From Fervidobacterium sp. (GTDB taxonomy: Bacteria; Thermotogota; Thermotogae; Thermotogales; Fervidobacteriaceae), in the NCBI GenBank assembly GCA_049970055.1, contig JBMFNR010000004.1, positions 32,001 through 96,000 on the forward strand: a stretch of 64,000 nt of DNA, read 5' to 3'. The notes below the pieces were generated by a model. That model saw nothing but the letters and a program-made list of their open reading frames with translations. It searched no databases and had not been told where the DNA came from. Below are positions 12,428 through 23,150 of the stretch, piece after piece. The stretch's first letter is position 1; every line of letters begins with the position of its first letter. The position numbers and the translations under genes were made by a program.

Positions 12428-12456
12428 TTGACAGTTTAGAAACTATATGATAGAAT
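12428..12456 (+). promoter_or_regulatory. Sigma70-type promoter of the tRNA-Cys/tRNA(CAT) unit
   Basis: TTGACA-17 bp-TAGAAT with extended TG, 14 nt before the tRNA. Confidence 0.85.
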
Positions 12457-12470
12457 TTATCACGCAATGG

Positions 12471-12547
12471 GGCGACGTAGCCAAGGGGTCTAAGGCGGAG
12501 GTCTGCAAAATCTCTATTCGAGGGTTCAAATCCCTCCGTCGCCTCCA
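12471..12547 (+). tRNA. tRNA-Cys(GCA)
   Basis: Acceptor GGCGACG/CGTCGCC, U73, encoded CCA, anticodon loop CT-GCA-AA, T-loop GTTCAAATC. Confidence 0.95.
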
Positions 12548-12553
12548 CAAAGT

Positions 12554-12629
12554 GGGCTCGTAGCTCAGTTGGTAGAGCATCCGGCTCATAACCGGACGGT
12601 CGGGGGTTCGATCCCTCCCGAGCCCACCA
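12554..12629 (+). tRNA. tRNA with CAT anticodon (probably tRNA-Ile2, otherwise elongator Met)
   Basis: GGGCTCG/CGAGCCC acceptor, loop CT-CAT-AA, CCA end. G1-C72 is paired, so not an initiator. Confidence 0.92.
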
Positions 12630-12652
12630 GAGTTTCGATAAACGAAAGAAAA

Positions 12653-12677
12653 ACGGGCTCGTGCCCGTATTTGTTTT
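12653..12677 (+). terminator. Terminator after tRNA pair
   Basis: ACGGGC-TCGT-GCCCGT followed by ATTTGTTTT. Confidence 0.65.
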
Positions 12678-12682
12678 ATAAA

Positions 12683-12745
12683 ATCCCGCTCTGCTACAAA
12701 ATTACTACAAAGCAGGGCCGCATAGACCGAGGGAGGAGGTGCTTT
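12683..12745 (+). ncRNA. Probable S6:S18 ribosomal-protein leader
   Basis: CTCTGCT/AGCAGGG hairpin followed by CCG..TAGACC..GGAGG directly before rpsF, the layout of known rpsF leaders. Confidence 0.6.
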
Positions 12746-13120
12746 ATGAGGATTTACGAAACGATGTTTATCGTCAAACCAGATGTACCGGAGGAAGAGA
12801 GAAACAAGTTAGTGGAAAACGTTAAAAAGTTCTTGGAAGAAAGAGTTAAAGCACAGGTAGAGAGCGTTGACAGATGGGGCATGAGAAAGCTTGCTTACAA
12901 AATAGGAAAGTACTTCGAAGGTGATTACGCGGTTATGTATTTCAGATGCGATGGTCAAGGTTTGAATCAACTTGAAAATTATTTCAAGGTTCATCCCGAA
13001 TTCATGAGATGGCAAACGTTCAGGAGAGAAGATCTTGAGAAGAAAGAAAAGAAGGAAAGAAAAGCCGCTATCAAAGAACAACCCCCCCAGGAGGAAAGCA
13101 CAGGACACGTTGAGGGTTGA
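12746..13120 (+). CDS. rpsF: 30S ribosomal protein S6
   Basis: MRIYETMFIVKPD and WGMRKLAYKI motifs. True start ATG 12746; the track ORF runs back through a tRNA. Confidence 0.95.
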   Translation: MRIYETMFIVKPDVPEEERNKLVENVKKFLEERVKAQVESVDRWGMRKLAYKIGKYFEGDYAVMYFRCDGQGLNQLENYFKVHPEFMRWQTFRREDLEKKEKKERKAAIKEQPPQEESTGHVEG

Positions 13121-13146
13121 TTGAATAAAAAAGAAGGTGAAATCAG

Positions 13147-13557
13147 ATGTCTTACAACAAAGTTGTTCTAGTTGGAAGACTAACACGGGATCCTGAGACA
13201 AAGCAAACGCTCGACGGAAATCTTATAGCAACATTTACCCTCGCTGTTAACAGGCCGAATAATAGCGAAGCAGATTTTATACGCATAGTTGCGTTTAAGA
13301 AATTAGCGGAACTTGCCCACTCATATCTTCAAAAGGGAAGAATGGTTTTGGTTGAAGGTAAGCTAAGGATAAACAAATGGAAAACAAATGATGGACAAAC
13401 AAGGTCAACACCTGAAATCTGGGCGGATAATATAGTTTTTGTTGATACAAAGAGAGGAGAAAAAGACATTCCTGATGAAATTCCTTACGAGGAAGTCTTT
13501 GAAGATGATGTTGATTTATCCAACGAACTTCCAAGTGACGACGAGCCACCATTTTAA
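13147..13557 (+). CDS. ssb: Single-stranded DNA-binding protein
   Basis: NKVVLVGRLTRDPE; acidic tail DDEPPF. Confidence 0.96.
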   Translation: MSYNKVVLVGRLTRDPETKQTLDGNLIATFTLAVNRPNNSEADFIRIVAFKKLAELAHSYLQKGRMVLVEGKLRINKWKTNDGQTRSTPEIWADNIVFVDTKRGEKDIPDEIPYEEVFEDDVDLSNELPSDDEPPF

Positions 13558-13600
13558 TGTTTCTTGATATTTTAAAGAAGATTTAAGGAGGGACTGGAAT

Positions 13601-13831
13601 ATGCCAAAAATAAGGCAGAGAAGAAGGAAATTTAAAGCATGCAAGATGTGTGAAATGAACGTTGAATACGTTGATTATAAAGATATAAGGATACTTAAGG
13701 ATTTTTTAAACGAGAAAGGTAAGATTCTACCAAGGAGATTAACAGGTAATTGTGCAAAACATCAGAGAATGGTTAAAGTTGCAATCAAAAGAGCAAGACA
13801 AATGGCACTTTTGCCGTATATAAAGTACTGA
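13601..13831 (+). CDS. rpsR: 30S ribosomal protein S18 (Zn-binding type)
   Basis: [26 protein letters not shown]. Confidence 0.97.
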   Translation: MPKIRQRRRKFKACKMCEMNVEYVDYKDIRILKDFLNEKGKILPRRLTGNCAKHQRMVKVAIKRARQMALLPYIKY

Positions 13832-13845
13832 AAAGTATTTATTTG

Positions 13846-13873
13846 AAATCGCCCTTCGCAGGGGCGATTTATT
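13846..13873 (+). terminator. Terminator after rpsR
   Basis: AAATCGCCC-TTCGCAG-GGGCGATTT. Confidence 0.8.
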
Positions 13874-13900
13874 CTTATTTATTCGCCTGGAAGTGATAAA

Positions 13901-14803
13901 ATGACCGAAGAGCTTGTAAAACACATTTTCATAGTTCTTATTCTGGTATTAGTATCAATACTGGCATTTACAACAGAGCTTCCACAAGATTGGATACTTT
14001 TCACAAATGGAAGTAATATTGAACAGTTGGCTGGAACAAAAGCAAAAATTGTTATTATTGATTATTCCGCAGATGGTACTGACGCTAAGGCGTTCAGTGC
14101 ATCTGAAATATCTTTCCTGAAAAGCTCAGGAAAGAAGGTTTTTGCTTATCTTAATCTTGGTATTGCAGAGAATTGGAGGTTCTATTGGAAGAATTTAAAC
14201 AAATCTATAATTCTCTCTCCATTAGAAAATTGGCCAGGAGAATTCTACGTGAAATATTGGTATAACGAGTGGTATGATGCAGTAAAGAGCTACCTCAACA
14301 AGATTAAAAAAGCAGGATTTGATGGTGTGATGTTTGACTGGATTAATGTTTATAAAAACGATACATTGCAAAAAATTTCCAGAAAGTCTGAAAGTGAACT
14401 TGAGAACGCAATGTACGAGTTACTTACAAAAATAACAAAGGACTATCCAAATTTTGAGTACGCATTAGTGAATAGTGAGGAATTATTATCTAAATATCCT
14501 GATTTAATAGCGAAAATCAAGTATGTAGTAGTTGAAAGTCTATTTTACAACAGATTAGCGCTTAACGTATATTCGTCGGATTTTTCCAAAAGGATAAAGC
14601 TGCTTATTGATCTTCAAAAACGGGGAACAGTAGTTCTCTCGGTTGAATACATAGATAACAATAATCCTTTAGACAAAAGCAATACAGAGAGGATAAAACA
14701 ATACATTGAGCTTGCAAAAAAATATAATGTTCTTTACTACGTTGCAAAAGTTGATATGATGTTGAATGGTGTTAATATTCCAAGAATCCTTGCAGGTTCT
14801 TAG
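13901..14803 (+). CDS. Exported GH114/TM1410-like (PelA-hydrolase-like) glycoside hydrolase
   Basis: Signal peptide; AYLNLGIAENWRFYW, ENWPGEFYVKYW and GFDGVMFD motifs. Confidence 0.75.
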   Translation: MTEELVKHIFIVLILVLVSILAFTTELPQDWILFTNGSNIEQLAGTKAKIVIIDYSADGTDAKAFSASEISFLKSSGKKVFAYLNLGIAENWRFYWKNLNKSIILSPLENWPGEFYVKYWYNEWYDAVKSYLNKIKKAGFDGVMFDWINVYKNDTLQKISRKSESELENAMYELLTKITKDYPNFEYALVNSEELLSKYPDLIAKIKYVVVESLFYNRLALNVYSSDFSKRIKLLIDLQKRGTVVLSVEYIDNNNPLDKSNTERIKQYIELAKKYNVLYYVAKVDMMLNGVNIPRILAGS

Positions 14804-14805
14804 TA

Positions 14806-15702
14806 TTATTCTATATCATCCCTCATTCCGATCTCGTTAAGTATTATAAAGTCTTTATTTCTCCAATCTTTCTTTACTTTTACAAACAGATCCAGGTACA
14901 CTTTCTTTTCCAAGAAGTATTCAATATCTTTTCTCGCGCTTTCACCTATTTTCTTTATCATTTGTCCTTTTTGACCTATTATTATGCCTTTTTGACTGTC
15001 TCTTTCCACGTAAATGTTTGCGCGTATATAAAACACGCCATTTTCTCTTTCTTTAACTTCTTCCACTATAACAGCCACAGAGTGAGGTATTTCTTCATAT
15101 GTGAAATGAAATATCTTTTCGCGAATTAACTCAGAGACTATAAATGCCAATGGTCTGTCAACGATAATATCTTCTGGATAAAACTTAGGACCTTCCGGGA
15201 TATTTTCTTTTATTCTCTCTAATAAAATGTCTATTCCTTCCCCTGTAAGTGCAGATGTTTTGACGATGGACTTTAAATTCTCGACTTTTTGTCTTAAATA
15301 TTCCTCTATTTCTTTAATTTTGTCTTCTTTAGCAAGATCTACCTTGTTTATAACTCCTATAACAGATGTTTTCGACTGGTTCACGTAATTGACTATATAT
15401 TCTTCAGGTGTTTCAAAACCTTCTTTAGAATCTATGGTAAATAGTAATAAATCCACGTTTTTCAGTGCTTGGACAGCGGCTTTTACCATGTATTCACCAA
15501 GTCGGTGGAGTGGTTTGTGGATACCAGGAGTATCAACAAAGACAATTTGTGCCTCATCATCGGTGTATATAACATTTATTCTGTTCCTTGTTGTTTGTGG
15601 TTTGTCTGAAACAATAACAACTTTCTTTTTCATTATAGCATTTATTATAGACGATTTTCCCACATTGGGTTTTCCCACAAATGATGCAAAACCAGATTTC
15701 AT
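14806..15702 (-). CDS. era: GTPase Era
   Basis: [21 protein letters not shown] and KH-domain SQKGIIIG. Confidence 0.97.
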   Translation of the reverse strand: MKSGFASFVGKPNVGKSSIINAIMKKKVVIVSDKPQTTRNRINVIYTDDEAQIVFVDTPGIHKPLHRLGEYMVKAAVQALKNVDLLLFTIDSKEGFETPEEYIVNYVNQSKTSVIGVINKVDLAKEDKIKEIEEYLRQKVENLKSIVKTSALTGEGIDILLERIKENIPEGPKFYPEDIIVDRPLAFIVSELIREKIFHFTYEEIPHSVAVIVEEVKERENGVFYIRANIYVERDSQKGIIIGQKGQMIKKIGESARKDIEYFLEKKVYLDLFVKVKKDWRNKDFIILNEIGMRDDIE

Positions 15703-15719
15703 AAAAGTAATAACCTCCT

Positions 15720-16721
15720 TTATTCATTGGCACGTAGATCCTCGGATTCTTTTCTAAAACCACTTACAGATTCTATAAAATTCGAAAAGACTATTTTTGG
15801 TTCCGCACCGAGTTTGATTTGCCTATCAATGTAGTAAAGTTGCTCAATAATGTTCTTCAATTCTTGTACTGAATACGTAATCAAATGATTAATTGCAGGG
15901 TAGCTAGTACCTTTAAATTTGAAACCCAAAAATTTTGCAACTCTTGGCGTTGGAATACCTGTTTTTTTCGAGATTTCTGTTATTTCTGGCCAAATATAGG
16001 ATGTCTTTTTTGGGGCAATTGCGAAGATATTAAAAAGTTCGATGAAATGCTTACTTAATGAGTAAGATACGATAACGGATTCGTATTCGGTGCAGATTTC
16101 AGAGATCATATTTTTCGCTTCTTCTTTTCTCTTTTCACTTACTGCATAACAGAATTCATCAAGTTTACTGATCGTTCTTTTGTAGGTGACTTCTTCAACA
16201 TCTTTTATTGTTGGTTTGCTAAGAGAATAGATCTTTAGCTTTTCAAGTTCGGTTATGATTGCATATTCATCTGTTCCGACGAGTTGAAAGATGAAAGAGG
16301 AAACTTTTTCGGAAAGTTCAAGATCAAGAAATTTTGCATTTTCTGTAATGAATTGGACCCATTTCTCTTCCTCCCACTCTTTGGGCTTTTCAAAATTTTC
16401 TATTACCACTTTACCTGGAGTTGCTTTTATGTCTTTGCTTACCTTTTCCGTTCGAACGAAGACGATAATATTTTCACCAGGAAAGTCCAACTTGTAGAAT
16501 TCTTCCTTTTCAGATTTATTCCACTCATCAAAATCTAAAAGATCGTAAACTTTGATTTTTGAGAATAAGCCGAAACTTTGCGAAGCATTTTTTAGTTCCT
16601 GTAATTTTTCTTTATCATCGGAAAAGAGCTTTATATAATTGCAATCGTTGCACTTTTTTATAAAATTCCTTATGTACAACTCCTTTCCGAGTAAAGAGTC
16701 ACCAGCTAAATAAACAACCAT
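15720..16721 (-). CDS. holA: DNA polymerase III delta subunit
   Basis: Size, N-terminal [14 protein letters not shown] and C-terminal DRQIKLG motifs. Confidence 0.75.
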   Translation of the reverse strand: MVVYLAGDSLLGKELYIRNFIKKCNDCNYIKLFSDDKEKLQELKNASQSFGLFSKIKVYDLLDFDEWNKSEKEEFYKLDFPGENIIVFVRTEKVSKDIKATPGKVVIENFEKPKEWEEEKWVQFITENAKFLDLELSEKVSSFIFQLVGTDEYAIITELEKLKIYSLSKPTIKDVEEVTYKRTISKLDEFCYAVSEKRKEEAKNMISEICTEYESVIVSYSLSKHFIELFNIFAIAPKKTSYIWPEITEISKKTGIPTPRVAKFLGFKFKGTSYPAINHLITYSVQELKNIIEQLYYIDRQIKLGAEPKIVFSNFIESVSGFRKESEDLRANE

Positions 16722-16733
16722 TGCAACACCTCT

Positions 16734-17441
16734 TTATTTTTTGTTGACCATAATTTCAACTATTCTTCCACTCTCCATTTTGAAGATTCTGTTCGAAATA
16801 CTTGCAACAGAAGGATCGTGAGTAACTATGATAAACGTGGTCCCAAATTCTTTATTTAAGTCAGTTATTAACTTTTTTATCTGTTCAGCATTTTTGGAAT
16901 CTAATGCCCCTGTTGGTTCATCAGCCCAAATTATCTTTGGACGTGTAGAGAGTGCACGTGCGATGGATACTCTTTGTTGTTCACCGCCAGACAATTGGGA
17001 AGGATAAGCATCTTTTCTGTGCAAAATGTTCATCTTCTCAAGGAGTTCAAGTGCGATTTTCCTTGCTTGCGAAACTGGATATTTGTTTAAAAGTAGTGGA
17101 AGCTCAACATTTTCCATAGCACTTAACACAGGAATTAGGTTAAAAAATTGGAAGATAAATCCCATGTTTTTAGCTCTGAATTTGGTTTTTTCTTCTTCAG
17201 ACAATTTAGTTATCTCGACGCGGTCTATGATTATTTGACCTGTCGTTGGCACGTCGAGGCCTGCAAGGAGGTTGAGTAAAGTAGTTTTACCAGAACCAGA
17301 TGGCCCAAGTATGGCAACAATTTCACCTTTGTAGACGTCAAGATCAACGGAATCCAGTGCAACTACTCGTGAACTCCCACTTCCATATACTTTGGAAAGA
17401 TTCCTCACTTTGATAATCTCTGCATTATCCATTTTATTCAC
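16734..17441 (-). CDS. ABC transporter ATP-binding protein (LolD/MacB-like)
   Basis: GPSGSGKT, LSGGEQQR, ADEPTGALD and VTHD motifs. Confidence 0.9.
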   Translation of the reverse strand: MNKMDNAEIIKVRNLSKVYGSGSSRVVALDSVDLDVYKGEIVAILGPSGSGKTTLLNLLAGLDVPTTGQIIIDRVEITKLSEEEKTKFRAKNMGFIFQFFNLIPVLSAMENVELPLLLNKYPVSQARKIALELLEKMNILHRKDAYPSQLSGGEQQRVSIARALSTRPKIIWADEPTGALDSKNAEQIKKLITDLNKEFGTTFIIVTHDPSVASISNRIFKMESGRIVEIMVNKK

Positions 17442-17442
17442 C

Positions 17443-17934
17443 TCATTTTTTACTTGTCAACTTTTCGATTAATTTTTTCGCAACGTTTTCAGGCACCCAC
17501 TGAAGAATCGGTCCACCAAAGGATGCTACCTCTTTTACAAGACTTGACGACAAGAAAGAATAACTTTTATCCGTCATAAGAAAAATTGTTTCAACACCGC
17601 TACATATTTCCTTGTTCGCAAGTGCCATTTGAAGTTCGTATTCAAAATCACTAACTGCCCTCAAACCCCTTATTACGACGTTAATATTATTCTTTCTCGT
17701 GTATTCTACTAAAAGACCAGAAAATTTCTCTACCCTGACATTCGGAATATCTGCTAAACACTCTCTAACCATTTGAAGACGTTCTTCTATACTAAACGTG
17801 TAATTTTTTTTCTTATTTTCCATAACTACAACATGCAACTCATCAAGCAACTTTGACGCACGCTTTGCTATATCTATGTGACCATATGTTATTGGATCGA
17901 ACGAACCAGGATATACAGCTCTTATCATCTGCAT
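17443..17934 (-). CDS. coaD: Phosphopantetheine adenylyltransferase
   Basis: [24 protein letters not shown] and SSSLVKE motifs. Confidence 0.97.
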   Translation of the reverse strand: MQMIRAVYPGSFDPITYGHIDIAKRASKLLDELHVVVMENKKKNYTFSIEERLQMVRECLADIPNVRVEKFSGLLVEYTRKNNINVVIRGLRAVSDFEYELQMALANKEICSGVETIFLMTDKSYSFLSSSLVKEVASFGGPILQWVPENVAKKLIEKLTSKK

Positions 17935-17951
17935 TCCTCCTATCTTCTTTC

Positions 17952-19292
17952 CTATTCCTCACTATGGAATACATCAGTTTCAAAAAAGTTTGTGAACGAT
18001 GGGTTGAACATCAAAGTAATGGTACCTATCGGACCGTTCCTCTGTTTACCGATGATTATTTCAGTTTCATGAGGTAGATCTACATGCTGCTTTTTGTAGT
18101 ATTCATCCCTGTAAAGGAAAATAACAACATCTGCATCCTGTTCTATTGCGCCGGATTCTCTAAGGTCGCTTAATCGTGGCCTTTTATCTTCTCTTTGTTC
18201 AACTGCCCTCGAAAGTTGTGATAAAGCAATGATTGAGATGTCAAGTTCTCTCGCTAGAAGTTTTAAAGAGCGCGATATCTCTGATATCTCCTGCTGACGA
18301 CTGTCTCTTCTATCACCAAGGTTCATTAATTGGAGATAATCTATGAATATCGCGTCTACGTTGTACTCTTTCTTCATCCTTCTTGCTTTAGCTCTGAGTA
18401 CTCTCGGTTCAAGATTGGATTCGTCGTCTACTATCAAGTTTGCTTTCATTAATTTCGAAGCACCATGCACAAGCCTTTTCCATTCATCATCGCTTAGCCA
18501 TCCTCTCCTCACCTTTTGTAAATCAACAAGTGATTCCATGCAAAGAAGCCTTTGAATCAATTGTTCTCTACTCATTTCTAGGCTAAATATTCCAACGGAA
18601 GCTTCCCCTGTAAGTGCCATGTTTTTTGCCAGGTTCAAAGCAAATGCCGTTTTACCAACGCTGGGTCTTGCGGCTATTACTATTAAATCTGATTTATGGA
18701 AACCAGAAGTCATCTCATCGAGTTTTTTAAAGCCTGTCGGTATACCTGTTACAATTCCCCCAAGACCTTTTAGATGCTTCTCCCTTAATTCTTCTAAATG
18801 TTCAAATACCTCTGTCAATGCACTTCTAATATCTATGTATGTCTTTGTTGCTCTCGATTCGGCAATTCTAAAAACAAGTCTTTCCGCTTCATCAAGAATC
18901 TCGTCGACAGCCATATCAGTGTACGCATTTTCGACAATCTGGCTTCCCGCTGCAATGAGTTCCCTAAGTATTGCTTTATCTCTGATTATTTGTGCGTACA
19001 TGTCCGCATGCGCAGAAGTTGGTACATTGTCTGCAAGTTGTGCAACGTAAAGCTCTCCTCCCACCTTATCAAGAAGTCCTTGAGACCTTAACCTATCACA
19101 AACAGAAATAATATCAATCGGTAAACCTTCGTCGTGAAGCTGTTCTATAACGGAAAAGATATACCTATGCCGCGGCTCGTAAAAATCCGCTGAAGTTACA
19201 ATCGATACTATATTATCAAGTTTTTCAGGCTCTATAAGTATACTCCCAATTAACGCTTGTTCCGCCTCTATGTTTGCGGGTACGTTTTTCAT
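17952..19292 (-). CDS. dnaB: Replicative DNA helicase
   Basis: [20 protein letters not shown] and [13 protein letters not shown] motifs; no intein. Start ATG 19292 after GGAGG. Confidence 0.97.
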   Translation of the reverse strand: MKNVPANIEAEQALIGSILIEPEKLDNIVSIVTSADFYEPRHRYIFSVIEQLHDEGLPIDIISVCDRLRSQGLLDKVGGELYVAQLADNVPTSAHADMYAQIIRDKAILRELIAAGSQIVENAYTDMAVDEILDEAERLVFRIAESRATKTYIDIRSALTEVFEHLEELREKHLKGLGGIVTGIPTGFKKLDEMTSGFHKSDLIVIAARPSVGKTAFALNLAKNMALTGEASVGIFSLEMSREQLIQRLLCMESLVDLQKVRRGWLSDDEWKRLVHGASKLMKANLIVDDESNLEPRVLRAKARRMKKEYNVDAIFIDYLQLMNLGDRRDSRQQEISEISRSLKLLARELDISIIALSQLSRAVEQREDKRPRLSDLRESGAIEQDADVVIFLYRDEYYKKQHVDLPHETEIIIGKQRNGPIGTITLMFNPSFTNFFETDVFHSEE

Positions 19293-19320
19293 ACCTACCT
19301 CCGAGATTTTAATAAAGATT

Positions 19321-20802
19321 TTATCCAAAGATCGAAGTTTTTTTCTTGGCCGTGACTCCTGTGAATATAGTTAGTAAAAGTGCAACTAGGACTATGTAGT
19401 CACCAAATTTTGTATAAAAAGTGGCTTTTGTATGTGATTTTACATAACCAACTTTCCATATTGTCCCAGATGGCAACAAGACGTAATTTCCAAAGTAATC
19501 TGTCACACCACTCAAACCTGTATTTGATACCTGAACAATGTACCTTCTTGTCTCAACAGCCCTGAATACCGTCTGAACGTAGTGCTGCAAAAGTGCGATC
19601 TTTGAATCATACCATCCATCATTTGTTGAAACAACTATAAATTCTGCATTTTCTGAAATTTTTCTCACTAATTGCGGAAAATAAGATTCAAAACATATGA
19701 GCAAACCCACGTTACCATAATTGTCAATCTTAATAGTTTTCAAATTACCAGGTGTAAAGTAATACATTCCCTTGAGAAAGTCGAGGTTCCCAAAGATACT
19801 TTTGTAAGGAAGCATTTCAACAAATGGGAACAATTTTATTTTGTCGTATTTATCTTTGTATTTCCCATTTTCGTACACAACCAAACTATTAAAGAAAGAA
19901 TTTCCGTCAATTGTTGGATAGCCTATCAAAATGGTCCTTTTGTTAAATGCTTGTGTTATCATATTTTCAACTTCATTGCTTCTTCTTATGTCTTCGCTTG
20001 GAAAAACTGCTTCCGGGAAGATCGTTAAATAATTAGGTGTATTTGAAAAATTATCGATCAAATATCGTGCAATGGTTTTCGATGGCCACGAATATTTTAC
20101 ATTTTGTGGGACATTGGTTTGAGCCAAAATAATAGTTTTATCAGCATTTTCGATAGGTAAACGGTTCTCAATTGTGCCATTTAAAATCGCTAGTAAAGTG
20201 AATATTGCTAAAACAATTGAAATGTTGTATTTGCTTTTTTTGAGCAGCTTATACGATTCATAATTTACAACAACGATTACAAAGACCAAGCCAAGTGTTC
20301 CTGTGAATGGAAGGATTTGAAGTATCCCTTTAAAACTATAAAGTGCATCACTAAGCCTTCCACCTGTAAATCCGAGGTCGCCTAATCCTCTTAAGTATTC
20401 TGAAATTACAAAAATTGAGGCAACAAATATTGGTTCAAGAATTCTAAATCTGATCCTCTCTTTCCAAAGTCCATAGAGAAGACCGAAAAGTAAGAAAGGT
20501 AAAGCTTCAAGGATACAAAAAAGTATGTATACAAAAAAACCTGTTAGTGATGAAAATCGACCAAATAGTTCAGGCAATCCCTTAACTAATGTACCTATTA
20601 TGTAGTGAAAATTAGAAAAAGAAAACACAAAAAAGTAAATAAAGCTAAGTAATGAAGAATAAAATACTCTCTTCTTTTCAAGAGCAAATAATAGCGGGAC
20701 AAGAGCGAAAAATACCAATCCACCATACAAGTAACCTGGCATAGAAAGGGTTGTAAGAAGGGCAGATAATATTAAGTTTAATAAGCTCTCAATCACACCC
20801 AA
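19321..20802 (-). CDS. lnt: Apolipoprotein N-acyltransferase
   Basis: TM N-terminus and nitrilase triad motifs FPEA, KIKLFPFVE and ICFES; NDGW. Confidence 0.88.
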   Translation of the reverse strand: MGVIESLLNLILSALLTTLSMPGYLYGGLVFFALVPLLFALEKKRVFYSSLLSFIYFFVFSFSNFHYIIGTLVKGLPELFGRFSSLTGFFVYILFCILEALPFLLFGLLYGLWKERIRFRILEPIFVASIFVISEYLRGLGDLGFTGGRLSDALYSFKGILQILPFTGTLGLVFVIVVVNYESYKLLKKSKYNISIVLAIFTLLAILNGTIENRLPIENADKTIILAQTNVPQNVKYSWPSKTIARYLIDNFSNTPNYLTIFPEAVFPSEDIRRSNEVENMITQAFNKRTILIGYPTIDGNSFFNSLVVYENGKYKDKYDKIKLFPFVEMLPYKSIFGNLDFLKGMYYFTPGNLKTIKIDNYGNVGLLICFESYFPQLVRKISENAEFIVVSTNDGWYDSKIALLQHYVQTVFRAVETRRYIVQVSNTGLSGVTDYFGNYVLLPSGTIWKVGYVKSHTKATFYTKFGDYIVLVALLLTIFTGVTAKKKTSIFG

Positions 20803-20823
20803 TCCCCCTTGGTTTAAATTTAC

Positions 20824-21963
20824 TTAACTTAAGAAAAATTCCACAGCTTCTTTTAATTTCTCAACAACATATTCTTGGTCTTCTAAAGTCAGATCGGTAT
20901 AAAATGGTAAAGCTAATGTTCGTTCAGCCACTTTTTCGGTGACTGGTAGCATTCCTTCTTTCCAACCAAGCTCTCTATACGGTTTTTGCAAATGAATTGG
21001 TTCAAAGTAGTTTCTGACTTGAACACCGTTATCTTCGAGATACTCCATTATTTTTTCTCTTGTTGATTTATTTACGGACTCTGGTAACTTCACAACATAC
21101 ACAAACCAAGACATCTTAGTTACATAATCTTTTACTACTGGAACTTCGATACTAATTTTTGAAAGTAAGGTATTGTATCTTTGAGCTACCTCGTTTCTTT
21201 TTTGTATTATCTCATCAATTCTTTTCATCTGAGACCAACCAAGTGCAGCGGACATCTCGTCTATTCTGTAATTGTATCCGACATACTCGTGGGCAAGCCA
21301 GCCTTTTGCTTCACCCCTTCCTTGATTTCGCAGTGCTCTGGTTATCTTAAATATGTTCTCGTCGTTTGTAGCTATTACTCCACCTTCACCTGTTGTTATC
21401 TGTTTGTTTGCATAAAATGCAAACGCACCGGCTACTCCAAACGATCCTGCTTTTTTGCCTTTGTATTCACTTCCCAATGCTTCACAGGAGTCTTCAATAA
21501 CTATAACATTATATTTTTCACAGATATCATTTACGATGTGCCAATCTAAAGGATGCCCAAAAACATCTACACCCATAAAGAAGATCTTTTCGTATTTATT
21601 AATATTCTTTTTGATGATACTTTCCAAATGATCAATATCTGCGTTCATCGTTTCGTAATCTATATCTACGAATTCAACTTTTCCTTTTTCAAAGAGTGCA
21701 ACATTTGATGAGGCGATGAATGTGAATGAAGGAACTATAAGTAGAGAGTTCTCCGAAAAACCTGAAGCCTTCAATATCAAATGCAGTGCACTCGTACCAC
21801 TCGATACAGCGATTGCATATTTCACGCCTACAAAATCTGCAATAGATTTTTCAAACGCTTCCGTATAATTTCCTATGCTCAGCCTTCCAGACTTCAAAAC
21901 ATTCACAACAACTTCAATATCTGTTTGAGTTATCTGAGGACTTGACAAAGGAACCCTTCGCAC
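20824..21963 (-). CDS. DegT/DnrJ/EryC1/StrS-family sugar aminotransferase
   Basis: VSSGTSALH, IEDSCEALG, FYANKQITTGEGG and GYNYR motifs. Confidence 0.92.
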   Translation of the reverse strand: MRRVPLSSPQITQTDIEVVVNVLKSGRLSIGNYTEAFEKSIADFVGVKYAIAVSSGTSALHLILKASGFSENSLLIVPSFTFIASSNVALFEKGKVEFVDIDYETMNADIDHLESIIKKNINKYEKIFFMGVDVFGHPLDWHIVNDICEKYNVIVIEDSCEALGSEYKGKKAGSFGVAGAFAFYANKQITTGEGGVIATNDENIFKITRALRNQGRGEAKGWLAHEYVGYNYRIDEMSAALGWSQMKRIDEIIQKRNEVAQRYNTLLSKISIEVPVVKDYVTKMSWFVYVVKLPESVNKSTREKIMEYLEDNGVQVRNYFEPIHLQKPYRELGWKEGMLPVTEKVAERTLALPFYTDLTLEDQEYVVEKLKEAVEFFLS

Positions 21964-22048
21964 AATTCTCCCTCCGAAAATAAAATATATAAATCATCTT
22001 TGGATTTGCCAATAGAAATTATATCATAATAGGGGGAAAAGTAAAAAT

Positions 22049-22096
22049 AAAAAATGCCACACTTTAAAGTTTGTTAATGATAAAAGAGTGTGGCAT
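22049..22096 (-). terminator. Stem-loop terminator after TPR gene
   Basis: ATGCCACACT...AGTGTGGCAT inverted repeat with A-run (U tail on minus strand). Confidence 0.55.
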
Positions 22097-22118
22097 AAAG
22101 ATCCTGAAAATAGATTTT

Positions 22119-23150
22119 TTACTCAAGCCTTATTCTTTTCAAAAAGTTATACTCATTCATAGCTTCTTCGTACATTCCCGCGTTTTCGTATAATTGTGCA
22201 AGCTTAAGCCTTTTTTCTTCATTCAACGGATCTTTTTCAACGATCCTTTTATAGGTTAAAACAGCTGCCTTTTTCATGCCTAAAAGTAAGAAGATTCTGT
22301 AACGGATGATTTTAATTGAGAAAAGAAGAATGAAACTTAATAGTACCATTCCCGCAGCGACGATTTTTAAATTACCTTTTACACTGGATATTATAGATGA
22401 AAGGAAACTTACCATAAATTGCAGAATGTCCGATAGATTTCTACTACTTTTCTTTACAATCTTTTCAAGTTCCGTACTTTTATATGAAGGATAATATGTA
22501 GTAACTCTTTTGTATAGTTCTATCAAAAGCTTTACTTTTTCCTCATCTTTATTCAAAATATTTACCTTTACATCTGCTTCAATTTCGTTTACTAAATTAT
22601 CCAAAATCATACTGCTTGCTGGAGTAGATGGAAGGATATTTTCGAAAAAAGCTTTTGATGTTTCTTCTTTCAACAATATTGCTATAAGTTTTTGCGAAAA
22701 TATTTTATCATCCGTTATAGGTATCAATTTCAAAAGGTGGAGAGTATCCAAATTATCAAGGTGCTCTTTGAAGTATTCTCTAAGCACATCTTCTGTGAAT
22801 ATATCGAGGATGTAATATTTTATCTCCGAGATCGCGTTTTTCTTCAAAAAATTTATTAATCCAGGTATATCTTCTTTAATTGCAAAATCTAAATTACTTA
22901 ACTTTCTTTTGGCGTAAAGTTTCTTACCAAGCTCGTCTATGAGTTTGCTCTCTTTAGCAAAAGTATCCGTAGCTTCCGATAATTGAGATATATAAGTTAA
23001 ATACATATCCCAAGCGAATTCTGGGTCCGACTTGGATTTTTCTAGTATATCGTTGACAGAAATCGAAAACAATAATGGGCTGAATAGCGAACTAACTAGA
23101 AGAATCAACGCTACGATTGTTTTCAGAAATACCAAAAGGTTCTTTTTCAT
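22119..23150 (-). CDS. Membrane protein with C-terminal TPR
   Basis: Signal-like N-terminus, internal TM segment, TPR-like DPLNEEKRLKLAQLYENAGMYEEA. Confidence 0.65.
   Translation of the reverse strand: MKKNLLVFLKTIVALILLVSSLFSPLLFSISVNDILEKSKSDPEFAWDMYLTYISQLSEATDTFAKESKLIDELGKKLYAKRKLSNLDFAIKEDIPGLINFLKKNAISEIKYYILDIFTEDVLREYFKEHLDNLDTLHLLKLIPITDDKIFSQKLIAILLKEETSKAFFENILPSTPASSMILDNLVNEIEADVKVNILNKDEEKVKLLIELYKRVTTYYPSYKSTELEKIVKKSSRNLSDILQFMVSFLSSIISSVKGNLKIVAAGMVLLSFILLFSIKIIRYRIFLLLGMKKAAVLTYKRIVEKDPLNEEKRLKLAQLYENAGMYEEAMNEYNFLKRIRLE

Noticed and set aside
12569..12745. N-terminal extension of S6 in the ORF track
   Set aside because: It overlaps a tRNA and terminator; the RBS supports ATG 12746.
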